Assembly: GCF_963921235.1 (NCBI RefSeq)
Contig: NC_086097.1
Location: 246,390,001 to 246,454,000 of the forward strand
Length of the DNA stretch: 64,000 nt
From: Mobula hypostoma
Lineage: Eukaryota
Direction: 5' to 3'
Translations under genes and position numbers: made by a program
The notes under the pieces: model-generated
Databases searched by the model: none
Told to the model about the DNA's origin: nothing
Seen by the model: only the letters and a program-made list of their open reading frames with translations
Part shown: piece by piece, positions 34,270 to 47,490 of the stretch
Numbering within the stretch: position 1 is the first letter of the stretch
How the letters are laid out: every line of letters starts with the position of its first letter

Positions 34270-35140
34270 GTAGAATCTCAGGTGGTGGCGAGAGGGCGTA
34301 CAGGAGTGAGATATGCCGCAGCAACAACCTGGCACTCAATGCCAGTAAGACAAAAGAGCTGATTGTGGACTTCAGGAAGGGTAAGACAAAGGAACACATA
34401 CCAATCCTCACAGAGGGATCAGAAGTGGAGAGAGTGAGCAGCTTCAAGTTCCTGGGTGTCAAGATCTCTGAGGATCTAACCTGGTCCCAACATATCGATG
34501 TAGTTATAAAGAAGGCAAGGTAGCAACTATATTTTATTATTAGTTTGAAGAGATTTGGCATGTCAACAAATACACTCAAAAACTTCTATAGTTGTACCGT
34601 GGAGAGCATTCTGACAGGCTACATCACTGTCTGGTATGGAGGGGATACTGCACAGGACCGAAAGAAGCTGCAGAAGGTTGTAAATCTAGTCAGCTCCATC
34701 TTGGGTACTAGCCTACATAGTACCCAGGACATCTTCCGGGAGCGGTGTCTCAGAAAGGCAGCGTCCGTTATTAAGGACCTCCAGCACCCAGGGCATGCCC
34801 ATTTCTCACAGTTACCATCAGGTAGGAGGTACAAAAGCTTGAAGGCACACACTCAGTGATTCAGGAACAGCTTCTTCCCCTCTGCCAAACGATTCCTAAA
34901 TGAACATTGAATCTTTGGAAACTACCTCACTTCTTTTATTGCACAGTATTTCTGTTTTTGCACATTTTAAAAAATCTATCCAATATATGTAATTGATTTA
35001 CTTGTTTATTTATTATAATAATTATTTTATTTATTATTATCAGTTTTTTTCTCTGCTAGATTATGTATTGCATTGAAGTGCTGCTGCTGTTAACAAATTT
35101 CACGTCACATGCCAGTGATAATAAACTGATTCTGATTCTG
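34270..35140 (+). mobile_element. Rex1/Babar-like LINE 3' part
   Basis: NNLALNASKTKELIVDFR..FKFLGV..; VESILTG.ITVWYG..CLRKAASVIKDLQHPGH; (TGATTC)n tail. Confidence 0.88.
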
Positions 35141-35144
35141 ATAG

Positions 35145-35506
35145 TAAAAAATCACTCCCCCTCTCCTCTTCTATTCCCCACTCTGGCCCCTTAACACTTC
35201 TCACCTGCCTGTCACCTTTCTCTTTCTCCTTCCCTTTTTCTACAGTCTGCTCTCCTCTCCTATCAGATTCCTTTACCTTTCCCACCCACCTAGCTTCACC
35301 TATCGCCTTCCAGCTATCTTCCTTCCACTCCCCACATCTTTTTATTTTGGCATCTTCTCCCTTCTTTTCCAGTCCCGAAGAAGGTCTTGGCCCAAAATGT
35401 CAATTGTTTATTCATTCTGACAGATGCTGCCTGACCTGCTGAGTTCCTCCAACATTTTGTGTGTGTTGCTTTGGATTTCCAGCATCTGCACTCTTTCTCA
35501 TGTTTA
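35145..35506 (+). mobile_element. Old Penelope-like 3' UTR with a decayed hammerhead
   Basis: Same layout as 1815-2190. Confidence 0.7.
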
Positions 35507-35829
35507 TAGTTTAATTGCTTCAGTTTCTTTTGGCAGGGAATTAAACCATTAGGGTCTCATTCTCCAGTGACATTACTTAAACAATAAATTTTACTTATTC
35601 ACTTCTCAGTAAGTTAAAACGATTCCACTCCCACTGAGAAGGAATTATCAGTGTGATAAAAAAAAGTTCAAAGTAATCCAGGAATGCTACCAATAAGAAC
35701 TGGGTAAATGTGAGTCTGTAACTCCAATAAAATCTGCTGAGTAATTTAAATCTGTATAATAATATCGACGCATTCCTGTAGATCTCACAACCTGGGACTT
35801 AATTGTTCTGGATAGACATGAAGGTCTAG

Positions 35830-36270
35830 AGAAGATGCGGGGGAGATTTAACAGGATACTGTCTAGACTAGAGAACATGTCTTGATAGGTTGAGCAAGTT
35901 AAGGCTTTTCTCTTTGGACTGAAATAGGATGAGAGGTAACTTGATAGATGATAAGAGGCATAGATCAAGTGGTCAGCCAGAGACTTTTTCCCAGGGCAGA
36001 AGACAAGGGGGCATAATTTTAAGGTGATTGGAGGAAAGTATAGGGGGGAATGTCAGAGGTAAATGTTTTACGTAGAGAGTGGTGAGTGTGTGGGATGCCC
36101 TGCCACGGATGGTGGCAGAGACAGGCATTCATGAGACTCTTAGATAGGCCAATGGATGACACAAAAATTGAGGGCTATGTAGGAGGGATAGTTCAGATGG
36201 AGTAAGTTAAGAGATTGGCACAACATTTTGGTCCAAAGGCCTTTACTGTGCTACAGAGTTCTACAATATG
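35830..36270 (+). mobile_element. CR1 3' fragment
   Basis: GGGCATAATTTTAAGGTGATTGGAGGAAAG and flanking CR1 motifs. Confidence 0.8.
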
Positions 36271-36899
36271 TTAATCTGTTGTAAAGATTGCAATAGGAAG
36301 AGTACAAGGAATTGAATGACTCCGGCCTATTGAATAAAAGGCCATAAGGATTATTTGGAAACACACACCTCATGGAGATTATTGTTTATATATCATTTAC
36401 ATAATTTTTCTTCAGCAATCTTGTTATTTCAAGAACACAATGGTAAAATTTTTGAACTCTTAGACCAGAAGACCAGAAGACAAAGGAGCAGAATTAGGCC
36501 ATTCAGCCCATTGAGTCTGCACTGCCATTCTATCATGGCTGATTAATCCCTTTCAAACCATTCTCCTGCCTTCTCCCTGTAACCTTTGGCACTCTTAATA
36601 AACAACAAACTTTAAATATACCCAATGACTTGGCCTCCGCAGCCGTCTGTGGCAATGAATTCTACAGATTCATCTCCCTCTGGCCTCCTCATCTCTCTTC
36701 TGTGTTGGTCTTTTACTTTTATTTTCATTCTTTTTGTTCTTTAACTGGGTTCTTTTGAATTTCTTGCTGTGTGGCTATCTGTGAGCAAGCAAATCTCAAG
36801 GTTGTGTAATTTATACATTCTTTGATAATAAATGTACTTGAATCTTGGTATTGGCATTGTCACATGCTTCTAGAGTGAAAAGCTTATCTGCCCACTGTT

Positions 36900-37500
36900 C
36901 ATACAGATCAAACTAATACAGGGTGCATTGAGCTAGAAAAAGGTAAAACAATGACAATAAAGTGTAAAGGCTACGGAGAAAGTGCAGTGAAGGTAAATGA
37001 TAAACTGCAAGATCATAACAAGGTAGATTGTAAGGCCAAAAGTCCATCTTTTTGTACAAGAGGTCAGTTGAAGAGTCTGATAACAATGGGATAGAAGCTG
37101 TCCTTGAGCCTGGCGGTATGTGCTTTCAGACTTTTGTACCTTCTGCTTGATGGAAGGGGAAGAAGAGAGAATATGTGGGATGGATGTAGTATTGATTATG
37201 CTGGCTGCTTTACAGGGGCTGTGAGAAATATACAGAGTCTGTGGAGGGGAGGCTGGTTTCTGGGACGTGCTGAGCTGTGTCCACAACTCGCTGCAGTTTC
37301 TTGCGGTCACGTGCAGAGCTGTTACCATACCAAACCGTTATGCATCCAAACAGAGTGCTTTCAATGGTGCATTGATAAAAATTAGTAAGAGCCAAATGTC
37401 TTTATCCTCCTGAGGAAGCAGAGGCTTTGGTGAGCCCTCTTGGCTGTGACATCAATGTGGATGAATGCAGCCACAAGAATACCTCAGATGATTGACACCT
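36900..37500 (-). mobile_element. Rex1/Babar-like 3' part
   Basis: LTNFYQCTIESTLFGCITVWYGN..RKKLQRVV. Confidence 0.8.
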
Positions 37501-37540
37501 TCCAGGGAAAAAATGTTTCCTAACAACCACTTGAAATATA

Positions 37541-37607
37541 CAGCACTGTGCAAAAGACTTGGGCACATAGGCACAGCTAGGGTGCCTAAGACTTTTGCAC
37601 AGTAGTG
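37541..37607. mobile_element. 67-bp Tc1/mariner micro-MITE
   Basis: TA-CAGCACTGTGCAAAAGACTT...AAGACTTTTGCACAGTAGTG-TA; relative at 58141-58194. Confidence 0.75.
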
Positions 37608-37624
37608 TAATTAAGGCAGAGACT

Positions 37625-37932
37625 GGGTGACACAGTAGCATAGCGGTGAATGTAATGCTTTACAGCTCCAGCGACCCCGGTTCAGTTCCCACCACTGTCT
37701 GAAAGGAGTTCATACCTTCTCCCCATGACCACGTGGGTTTCCTCCTGATACTCTGGTTTCCTCCCACATTCCAAAGATGTACGTGTTAGGGTTAATAAGT
37801 TGTGGGCATGCTATGTTGGCGCCGGAAGCATAGCTGCACTTGCAGGCTGCCCCCAGCTCATCCTCAGACTGTGTTGGTCGTTGACACAGATGGCATATGT
37901 TTCAATGTATGTGAGAAATAAAGCTAATCTTT
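37625..37932 (+). mobile_element. V-SINE (HE1-like); relatives at about 50874-51030 (+), 52273-52590 (-) and 13290-13560 (-)
   Basis: tRNA-like head (TAGCATAGCGG, GGTTCAGTTCC) and V-domain-like GGAGTT..TTCTCCCC..GTGGGTTTCCTCC..CTCTGGTTTCCTCCCACA. Confidence 0.8.
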
Positions 37933-39245
37933 AACAGCAACATGAAGATATCACTGGTATTAAAGTTGGCCTATTCTCTTCATTTCCTAAACACTAAAGG
38001 TTTAATATAGGTATTATATATGGAATAATATATGGAATTTCTTCATCTGGGAATGATAGGATAGGTAGGAATACAGGCTGTTTTCTGTTTTTTTTCTCTT
38101 TTTGCATTACTTATTTAATTCTTTCCCACCCACCTTGCTTCACCTATCACCTTCCAGCTAGTCTCTTTCCCCTCCCCCCCACCTGTTTATTCAGGCTCCT
38201 TCCCCCTTCCTTCTCAATCCCCATGAAGGGTCTCGGCCGGAAACATCGACCGTTTTCATCTCTTTTTCATTACTCTTTTCCATAAATGCTGCCTGACCGG
38301 CCGAGTTCCTCCAGCATTTTATGTGTGTTAATTTAGCTTTTTCAAAAAAAATATATATATACTTCTTATTGTAATTTGTAGTTTTTACTATTATTTATTG
38401 CAATGTACTGCTGCCTCATAACAGCAAATTTTATGACATAGGCCAGTGATATTAAACCTGATTCTGATTTGTATTTGGTTGTATTAGTACAGAAAAAAGA
38501 GTTAATCCAAAGAGTTAATACATGACAGGATCAGATGAACTGTAAGAAATAGTGTGTATGGGTGTGATAGCTGACTTAACAGTTAATACTATATATATAT
38601 CCAGGTGTACAAAATGAATCAGTTCATTTCTATAGATATCTGTGATATCTGCACAGAACAGCTTGTCTAGGTCCCTTCACTGAATAAGGTATAGAGATCA
38701 TGGAACTGTATGTGGTCGAGTGGTGGATACTGGGACGGCAGAAGGTGAAGAGATTTGGTATCCTGTTATTGGCAAATCTGGCATTCGAGGCCTGGAGTTT
38801 GGGCCTTCATCCAAAGCCCTAATTCATGTCAGAGGCAAATCCATGAGTCGATACCAAAGATCAAAGCCCAGAGGTCAATCGGAAGTCCAGAATCCCAAGC
38901 CTACGAATCTCTGCGAGTCCTCTGGGTAAGCCTGAGCCCAGTGTCTGCAAGTCCACTGCGGGCAGAAGGCCGAAGATGGCCTGTCCCGGGGTTAGAAGAC
39001 TGTGTATGTGTGTGGGTGGTGGGCAGGTGGAACAAGGCTTGTTTTGCTGTTGTTATTTTGTCGCTTGGTATGTTCTGTTCCGCTGAGCATTGTGGGCATG
39101 TTATGCTGGTGCAGGAATGTGTGGAAACACTTATCCATAGCACATACTTGGGATTATTGGTTGTTAATGCAAATGGTGCAATTCTCTACACGTTTTGATG
39201 TACATGTGATAAATAAATCTGAATCTGAATCTCAAGTAAATTATA

Positions 39246-39920
39246 CACTCAGTGGCTACTTTATTAGGTATCTCCACTGAGTGTATGTTCATGGTTTTCT
39301 GCTGCTGTATCCACCTTCTTCAAGGTTCAATATGTTGTGCATTCACAGATGCTCTCCTGCACACCACTGTTGTAACGTGTGGTTATTTGAGTTACTGTTA
39401 CCTTCCTTTCAGTGTAAACCAGTCTGGCCATTCTCCTCTGACCTGTCTCACAAACAAGGCATTTTCTCCCACAGAACTGCCATTCACTGAATGTTCAATC
39501 ACAAACAAGAGAAAATCTGCAGATGCTGAAAATCCAAGGCAATATATACAAAATGCTGGAGGAACTCTGCAAGTCGGGCAGCATTTATGGAAAATAGTAC
39601 AGTCAACGTTTCGGGCTGAGACCGTTCAGCAGGACTGGATATTTTTGGTTTATTGCACCAGTCTCTGTAAACTGTTCTGTGTGAAAATCCCAGGAGATCA
39701 TCAGTTTCTGAGATACTCAGACCACCATGTCTGGCACCAACAATCATTCCACGGCCAAAGTCTCTTACATCACATTTCATCCCCATTCTGATGTTTGGTC
39801 TAAACAACAACATAATCTCTTGACCATGTCTGCATGCTTTTATGCATTGAGTTGTTGCTACATGATGGGCTGATTATATACTTGCATTAATGAGCAGGTA
39901 TACAGGTGTAACTAATAAAG
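39246..39920 (-). mobile_element. Non-autonomous Tc1 derivative with a nested Penelope fragment (about 39500-39636)
   Basis: TIR CACTCAGTGGCTACTTTATTAGGTA; MGMKCDVRDFGRGMIVGARHGGLSISET (Tc1 HTH start); second copy at about 56355-56899 (+); lone TIRs near 8395, 45130 and 51075. Confidence 0.8.
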
Positions 39921-40079
39921 AGTATGTTAACATAACTGTACAATCAAGAAGGTTAAGGAGTCCCGTATGTGAAAACATGAGATGGAGAAAGACCTATTAT
40001 ACTGATAAAGTAATTTGATAAACCTGATCCCAAAGGGAAATACTGTGCTGGAGCACAGGAAACAATTCCAAGTTACCGA

Positions 40080-40588
40080 CAACGTTCCCTCTAAGTTCTT
40101 TTACAGGTGCACAGCCCAACCATTAATCTGAGCAGGAAATTTTTAGATGGTTTGAAACTGTGCAGTACTTTAAATGTTTTTTTGTAATATGCATATACAA
40201 TGAATATCAAGTAGACATCATCAGTGTTCAGCGCTCCAGCAGTTTATTAACAATGAGCTATCGATTTCCATTCTGTGTTTATTGTCAGAATTTTCAACAG
40301 TGTTGTAACTTGAAACACTGACAAAGTAAATAGGTTGAAGTTCTAAAATGTCTAAAAGGTTACGGTATGTTTATTATTTAGGAAATTTATGGATTATATT
40401 CATTAACACAATTAATTACAGAGTATTTCACAATTATATTAGCATAGATTTCAAAATTATACTGGCATGATTTCAAAATTAACATTACGTAACAGAAAAC
40501 TCCAGCTGTGTGACAACAAAGGTTATGTGCGCTGAAGCATTTCAGTTACTGCGTGACCACACATCCGTTGAGCTTAGAGGGAACAGTG
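40080..40588. mobile_element. Non-autonomous hAT-like element
   Basis: TIRs CAACGTTCCCTCTAAG / CTTAGAGGGAACAGTG; degenerate 8-bp TSD GTTACCGA / GTTAAGGA. Confidence 0.7.
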
Positions 40589-41359
40589 GTTAAGGAGAAA
40601 ATCTTTGACCTCTGAATCTATGAGATTTCACATGCAGCTCTGAGTGGTGCTGAACTGGAAGGCAGATCAGAGAACTGGGTTTTTTGATCACAAATAAAAT
40701 AAAACAGAAGTTTTAAGGAATACTCAGCCTGCCATGCTGCATAAATGGAATGAGATACAACGCTAACATTTTATAGAACATAGAACATTACAGCACAGCG
40801 CAGGCGCTTTGGCCAATGACGTGTACCAACCTTTTAACCTACTCCAAGATCAATCTAACCTTTCTCTCCAACATAGTCTTCCATTTTCTATTATCGATGT
40901 GGCTTCATCAGCTTGTTGATATGAAATGTCAATCCTGTCTCATTTTTCACAGGCACTGCTGACAGTTTCCAACATTTTCAGTTTTTTTACTGGTGTCCAG
41001 TAAATTTACCTTTGACCTTTGACTTTGACTTCTAGTGTTGCTTATTTGATCAGCACAAATAAGTTACAGTACTAATTTATAATGATCTTTAGAGCCTACT
41101 GGGCTAAATTAATACATGCCTGACTAGCTGAGGTGCCCCAGCACGTTGTGCGTGTTGCTCAAGATTTCCAGCATCTGCAGAATCTCTTGTATTTATGATC
41201 CACGAACAATCCTACTTTTTGTTCTATTTTCATTAAAGATTCTCTATCATTGTGAGAATTAAACTCAAACGCATCATAAAAAGGGTTGTTCTCATCAGCG
41301 TACATCAAAAAATGAGGCAAAGATCAAAAAAAATTTTCTTACCTCAACAAATCTGGATA

Positions 41360-41690
41360 AGCCCACAGAGAAACCCTGGAAACAGAACATGGTTCAATCC
41401 TGGTTACTCAAAAGAAGGAGCCTTGGCAGACAGGCAGAGAAGATTCAAAGACATTCTTAAAGACTCCTTGAACAAGTGCAACATTCTCCACTGATTCCTG
41501 GAAACTTCCAGTCCATGTCCATTCAAAGTGGAGAAGAAGCATTGGAGATATCACAGAAAACCTTGAGTCTATCCACTGAGAGCACACTGAGGCCCAGTGT
41601 AAAACCCATTAAACTACTCACCCACAAATATCTCCTGTTCTATCCATGAAAGAATCTGCAGTTCCCATGTTGGTCTACAAGCCATCTACT
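41360..41690 (+). mobile_element. Old RTE 3' fragment
   Basis: RQRRFKDILKDSLNKCNI, similar to the RTE C-terminus at 43681-44067. Confidence 0.6.
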
Positions 41691-43024
41691 TTTTTGAACA
41701 ATATAGATTATTAGTGGACCTCAGTTTTCAGTTGAAATAATTCAGCTGAGAAAATGAGGAAGAATGTTTTAGATTGTGAGTGAATATCCAATCACCTGAT
41801 ATAGGTATATAACCATGACAGTCCTTTCAGAGCAGTTGTGAGAGAAGGCACCATCTTACTTGGTGGAAGAGAAATGTTGGCCCTATGTTTCATCTCTGGA
41901 CATTAAAATACAGAGTCTATTGGACTTGGCAAAGTATTTATCCTTAGTCCTAAACACAAATATTCTGGATGACTTTCGGAAAATGGTTTGCAGGTCCTCA
42001 TATCCTCAGTGATAAGACTGCTGAATGGATCCTGACCTGGATCTGGGCCGTACCCTCCAAATATCCCGACCTGCCTCTTGTTTTTTTTGCAATACCATAC
42101 TTCCCATTTTTCTATTTTCTATTTATGATTTATAATTTTAAATTTTAATATTTACTAATTTTTAATATTTTTAATATTTAATATTTGTAAACCAGGGAGT
42201 GTGAAGTGCAGAATCAAATATCGCTGTGATGATTGTACGTTCTAGTACGAATTGTTTGGTGACAATAAAGTATAGAGTATATTCTTTGAAACAATCTACA
42301 CAAATGTCCTCTCACAGCCAATTTTCATGCCTTTAGCAGATGGAACCTGTTTATTACTGAAGTCTTTGATACGTTTAAAAAGAACTGCCCTGCGCGATCT
42401 GATGATATGAAAAGTTATTGGAAGCATCACAGAAGAGTATTTAACTGCACCAGCTCTCTTTCAGAAGAAGCATAAATCATTGAAACAAGACTAAGGAAAT
42501 GAAAGCTTGCTCAACAAATTAGTCTCCTATTAGGCAAACTGTAGTAAACCTTCTTGCTCTCAGGAGTATTTATCCTTCCTTCTGTGAGTGGAAGGGTAAT
42601 CGAAGACATTTGCCAGATTATGATATACGAGAACCTAATGTTCTGTCGGTCTCCTTTGTAGATCTGCTGAAAGCAGTCAACAAACCAACATTTGTTTGGT
42701 TTGCAACACCAAGTTTGCAGATGACACCATGGTAGTGGGCTGCAGGGCTGTATCTCAAACCAGAATCAGTTGGAGCACAGGAAGGAGATATGGGACCCAC
42801 CACCATCCCTCAGTGTTACCATAGCAAAAGAGCTAATCATGGACTTCTGGAAGAGGTGCACAGGTGTATTGTTTCCTCTTTATGTTCCTCTTTATGGTGC
42901 TGAGGATGAGAGGGTGAAGAAATTCAAGTTCCTATGAGTCAACATTACCTACAGCCTATCTTGGTTCAATTACATTGATGCCATGGCTAAGAAAGCTCAC
43001 CAATGATTCTACCTCAAAAGAGTG

Positions 43025-45110
43025 ACGAATGCAGTACTAAAGGTACTGGATTTAAATGTCTTCGGAATAAGGTGAACGAACTTGTGGTGTATTGGTCAGT
43101 ATGACATTGTGGGCATCACTGAGTCGTGGCTGAAAGAAAGCCATAGTTGGGAGTTTAATATCAAAGGATATACTTTATACAGAAAGGACGGGCAGGAAGG
43201 CATAGGCGGTGGTGTGGCTCTATTGGTAAGAGATAGAATTACATCCTTACAAAGAGGTGACACGGTTAGAGAATGTTGAATTTTGGTGGATGGGGTTAAG
43301 GAACTGCAAACATTATGGGAATCATATATAGGCCTCCAAATAGTAGCCAATATATGGGGTCGAGATTGCAAAGGGAGCTGGAAAACGCACATAATAAGGG
43401 TAATGCCAAATTGTAATGGGGGACTTCACTATGCAAGGAGATTGGGAAAATCAGGTTGGTGTCAGATCACAAGAGAGGGAATTTATTGAATGCCTACGAG
43501 ATGGCTTTTTAGAGCAGCTTGTGCTTGAGCTTAATCAGGGAAAGGCTATCTTAGATTGAGTGTTGTGTTATAACCCAGATCTTATTAGAGAGCTTCCCCG
43601 ACACGGAAATCCTGGAATGAGCTGGGCTCTGCAGCGTCTACACCCTCCTGCTGAAAGCCCAAGCCAGGTGGGCTGGACATGTGGTCAGAATGCCAGACAG
43701 CCGATTGCCTAAGCAGCTGCTGTACGGAGAACTGTGTCAGGGCAAGCGCTCAGTCGGGGGGCAGAAGAAATGTTACAAAGACTGCCTGAAAACGTCCCTC
43801 AAAGGCCTGGGTGTCGACATCAACACGTGGGAGACGCTTGCCCTCAACCGTCCAGCTTGGCGCTGCAAGATCACCACAGGAGCCCGTGCAGCTGAAGTCA
43901 GGCGCATCATCGAGGCGCAACGAAAGTGTGCTGTGCGCAAGGTCCAAGCAGCATCCACTGCCACGACAGCACCCACCCACTTGTGTCCCACATGTGGGCG
44001 AGCCTTCAGGGCCCGGATTGGCCTTATCAGTCACCTCCGGACCCACAGCCACCAATCTCCTATTTGACTTTGAAGCCATGGTCACCTTCGACTACGAAGG
44101 ACGAACAACAACAACAACAACAACAATTAGGGAGCTTAATGTAAAGGAATCCCACGGAGACAGTGATCAGAATTTGATTGAATTCATACTGCAATTTGAG
44201 AGGGAGAAGCATAAGTTACATGTATCAGTATCACAATGGAATAAAGGGAATTATAGAGGCAAGAGAGAGGAGCATGCCTAGGTGGTTTGGAGGGGGATAC
44301 TGTCAGGTATGATGGCAGAACAGAGGTGGCTGAAGTTTCTGGGAATAGTTCACAAGGCACAGGATAGATATGTCCCACAGGAGAAGTTCTCAAATGGCAG
44401 GGATAGGCAACCGTAGCTCACAAGGGAGGTTAGGATTGCATAAAAGCCAAGGAAAGGGCATATAAGGTAGCAAAAGTGAGTGGGAGAGAGTTGATATTGG
44501 ACCACTGGAAAATGATGCTGGTGAGGTATCAATGGGGGACAAAGAAATGGCAGATTATCTTAATGGGTACTTTGCATTAGTCTTCACTGTGGAAGACACT
44601 AGCAGTGTGCCAGAGGTCCGTGAGTGTCAGGGAGCAGGAGTGAGTACCATTGCTATTATAAAGGAAAAAGTGCAAGGCAAACTCAAAGGTCTTAAGCTGG
44701 ATAAGTCACCTGGACTACATTCCAGAGTCCTGAGAGAGGAAAACAGATGATACTGCTGAAGAGAAAACAGATGATATTGGTCATGATTTTTCAAGAATCA
44801 CTTGATTCTGGAATGGTCCCGGAGGACTGGAAGATTGCAAATGTCACTCTACTCTAAGGCAAAAGAATGGAAATTATTGGTCAGTTAACCTAACCTCAGT
44901 GGTTGGGAAAGTGCTGGAGTCTATATTAAGGATGAGGTTTCAGAGTACTTGGAGACTAATGATAAAATAAGTCAAAGTCAGCATGAAGAGAAATCCTGCC
45001 TGACAAATCTGACAAATCTGAAGTAACCAGCAGAGTGAACAAAGGAAAGGCAGTGGATGTCACTTACTTAGATTTTCAAAAGGCATTTGAAAAGGTGCCA
45101 CACATGAATA
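43025..45110 (+). mobile_element. CR1 ORF2 (APE endonuclease to RT), degenerate
   Basis: YDIVGITESWL..YRKD..GGGVALLV; DKSPG; LDFQKAFEKVPH. Confidence 0.88.
43596..44125 (+). mobile_element. RTE (BovB-like) LINE 3' end nested in CR1
   Basis: WAGHVVRMPDSRLPKQLLYGEL..CPTCGRAFRARIGLISHLRTH; (CAA)n tail; TSD ATTAG(A/G)GAGCTT 43584-43595 / 44126-44137. Confidence 0.92.
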
Positions 45111-45524
45111 AATGATTTGCACTAATATACAGGTATACTTAATAAACTGACCACTGAGTGCATGTTGTGAAATTTGTTGTTTAGTGGCAGATGTACAGTG
45201 CAACCCATAAAAATTACTATATGTTACAAAACATAAATAAAGGAATAATGCAAAAGAGCAAGAGTGAAGTAGCTGTCGTGGGTTCATGGATCGTACAGAA
45301 ATCAAATGGTGGGGAGGAAGATTTCAGTATCACTAGGATGACTCCGTAAAAGAAATATACCGCAAATCGAAATATAATCCTATTACTGTTCAGAGATTCC
45401 AAAAAAATTTCAACTTTTTAACCACAAATTAAATGCAGATTGATTATTAGGCAAGAATTTTAAACTAATCTTGCACCCAGATTGCTTGGAACACATTACC
45501 TTGGTGTCAGTTACTATATCACTA

Positions 45525-45860
45525 TGTGGGTGGTGGGGTGGAGATACGTCTCTACCAAAGGAGGTCGATATTGAGCAAGGTATAACACCTGCTTAGCACC
45601 CCGCCCCCTGGATCAGGGTCATGTGAAGCCATGGGAGCAGGTAGTGGATGGTCGTATGAGTAGCTGGTCCATATCACAAGTCGTGATTATATGACCACTA
45701 ATGCCAGGCAGACAATCTCTGAAGAGTATTGATAAGTTCTGGGGTCACCCGGAAGAAACTAATGGCAAACTACTTCTGTAGAAAAACTTGCCAAGAACAA
45801 TCTTGGTCATAGAAAGTCCATAACTGGCCATGTTATACAACATGGCACATAACAAATCAA
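45525..45860 (+). mobile_element. Probable RTE-mobilised SINE with a Bov-A-like motif
   Basis: GGAAGAAACTAATGGCAAACTACTTCTGTAGAAAAACTTGCCAAGAA resembles the Bov-A/BovB motif GAAGGAAATGGCAACCCACTCCAGTATTCTTGCC. Confidence 0.45.
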
Positions 45861-45924
45861 CAAATATCCCTATACCATTCCCAAAATACCAACAATGTTA
45901 TTTATTCCTCCCTCCAATTATTAG

Positions 45925-47490
45925 AACATAGAACATAGAATAGTACAGCATAGTACAGGCCCTTCGGCCCACAATGTTGTGCTGACCCTTAAACCCTGCT
46001 TCCCATATAACCCCCCACCTTAAATTTCTCCAAATTTCACTAGTGTATCTGCCTCCACCAATGACTCAGGCAGTGCATTCCATGCACCAACCACTCTCTG
46101 AGTAAAAAACCTTCCTCTAATATCCCCCTTGAACTTCCCACCCCTTACCTTAAAGCCATGTCCTCTTGTATTGAGCAGTGGTGCCCTGGGGAAGAGGCAC
46201 TGGCTGTCCACTTTATCTATTCCTCTTAATATCTTGTATATCTCTATCATGTCTGCTCTCATTCTCCTTCTCTCCAAAGAGTAAAGCCCTATCTCCCTTA
46301 ATCTCTGATCATAATGCATACTCTCTAAACCAGGCAGCATCCTGGTAAAGCTCCTCTGTACCCTTTCCAATGCTTCCACATCCTTCCTATAGTGAGGTGA
46401 CCAGAACTGGACACAGTACTCCAAGTGTGGCCTAACCAGAGTTCTATAGAACTGCATTATTACCTCACGACTCTTAAACTCTATCCCTCGACTTATGAAA
46501 GCTAACACCCTAACTACCCTATCTACCTGTGAAGCAACTTTCAGGGATCTGTAGACATGTACCCCCAGATCTCTCTGCCCCTCCACACTACCAAGTATCC
46601 TGCCATTTACTTTGTACACTGCCTTGGAGTTTGTCCTTCCAAAGTGTACCACCTTACATTTCTCCAGGTTGAACTCCATCTGCTACTTCTCAGCCCACTT
46701 CTGCATCCTAGCAATGTCTCTCTGCAATCTTCGACAATCCTCTACACTATCCACAACACCACCGATCTTTGTGTCGTCTGCAAACTTGCCAACTCACCCT
46801 TCTACCCCCACATCCAGGTCGTTAATAAAAATCACGAAAAGTAGAGGTCCCAGAACTGATCCTTGTGGGACACCGCTAGTCACAACCCTCCAATCTGAAT
46901 GTACTCTCTCCACCACGACCCTCTTCTTTCTGTAGGCAAGCCAATTCTGAATCCGCCTGGCCAAACTTCCCTGGATCCCATACCTTCTGACTTTCTGAAT
47001 AAGTCTACCATGTGGAACCTTGTCAAATGCTTTACTAAAATCCATGTAGATCACATCCACTGCACTACCCTCATCTATGTGCCTGGTCACCTCCGCAAAG
47101 AACTCTATCAGGCTTGTTAGACACGATCTGCCCTTTACAAAGCCATGCTGACTGTCCCTGATCAGACCATGATTCTCTAAATGTCCATAGATCCTATCTC
47201 TAAGAATCTTTTCCAACAGATTTTCCACCACAGACGCAAGGCTCACTGGTCTATAATTACCCGGACTATCCGTACTACCTTTTTTGAACAAGGGGACAAC
47301 ATTCTTAATATCAACATGCTTCAGAACATCAACCTCACTCATATTGTCCTCACTGTCCTCAAGTTCCCTCTCATTGGTGAATACCAAAGAGAAGTATTCA
47401 TTGAGGACCTTGCTCACTTCCACAGCCTCCAGGCACATCTTCCCACCTTTATCTCTAATCGGTCCTACCTTCATTCCTGTCATCCTTTTG
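45925..47490 (-). mobile_element. Young 5'-truncated CR1 (RT domain to tail) with an internal deletion near 47300
   Basis: ORFs 46794..47483 ([32 protein letters not shown]) and 46020..46679; (TTCTATG)n tail. Confidence 0.93.
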
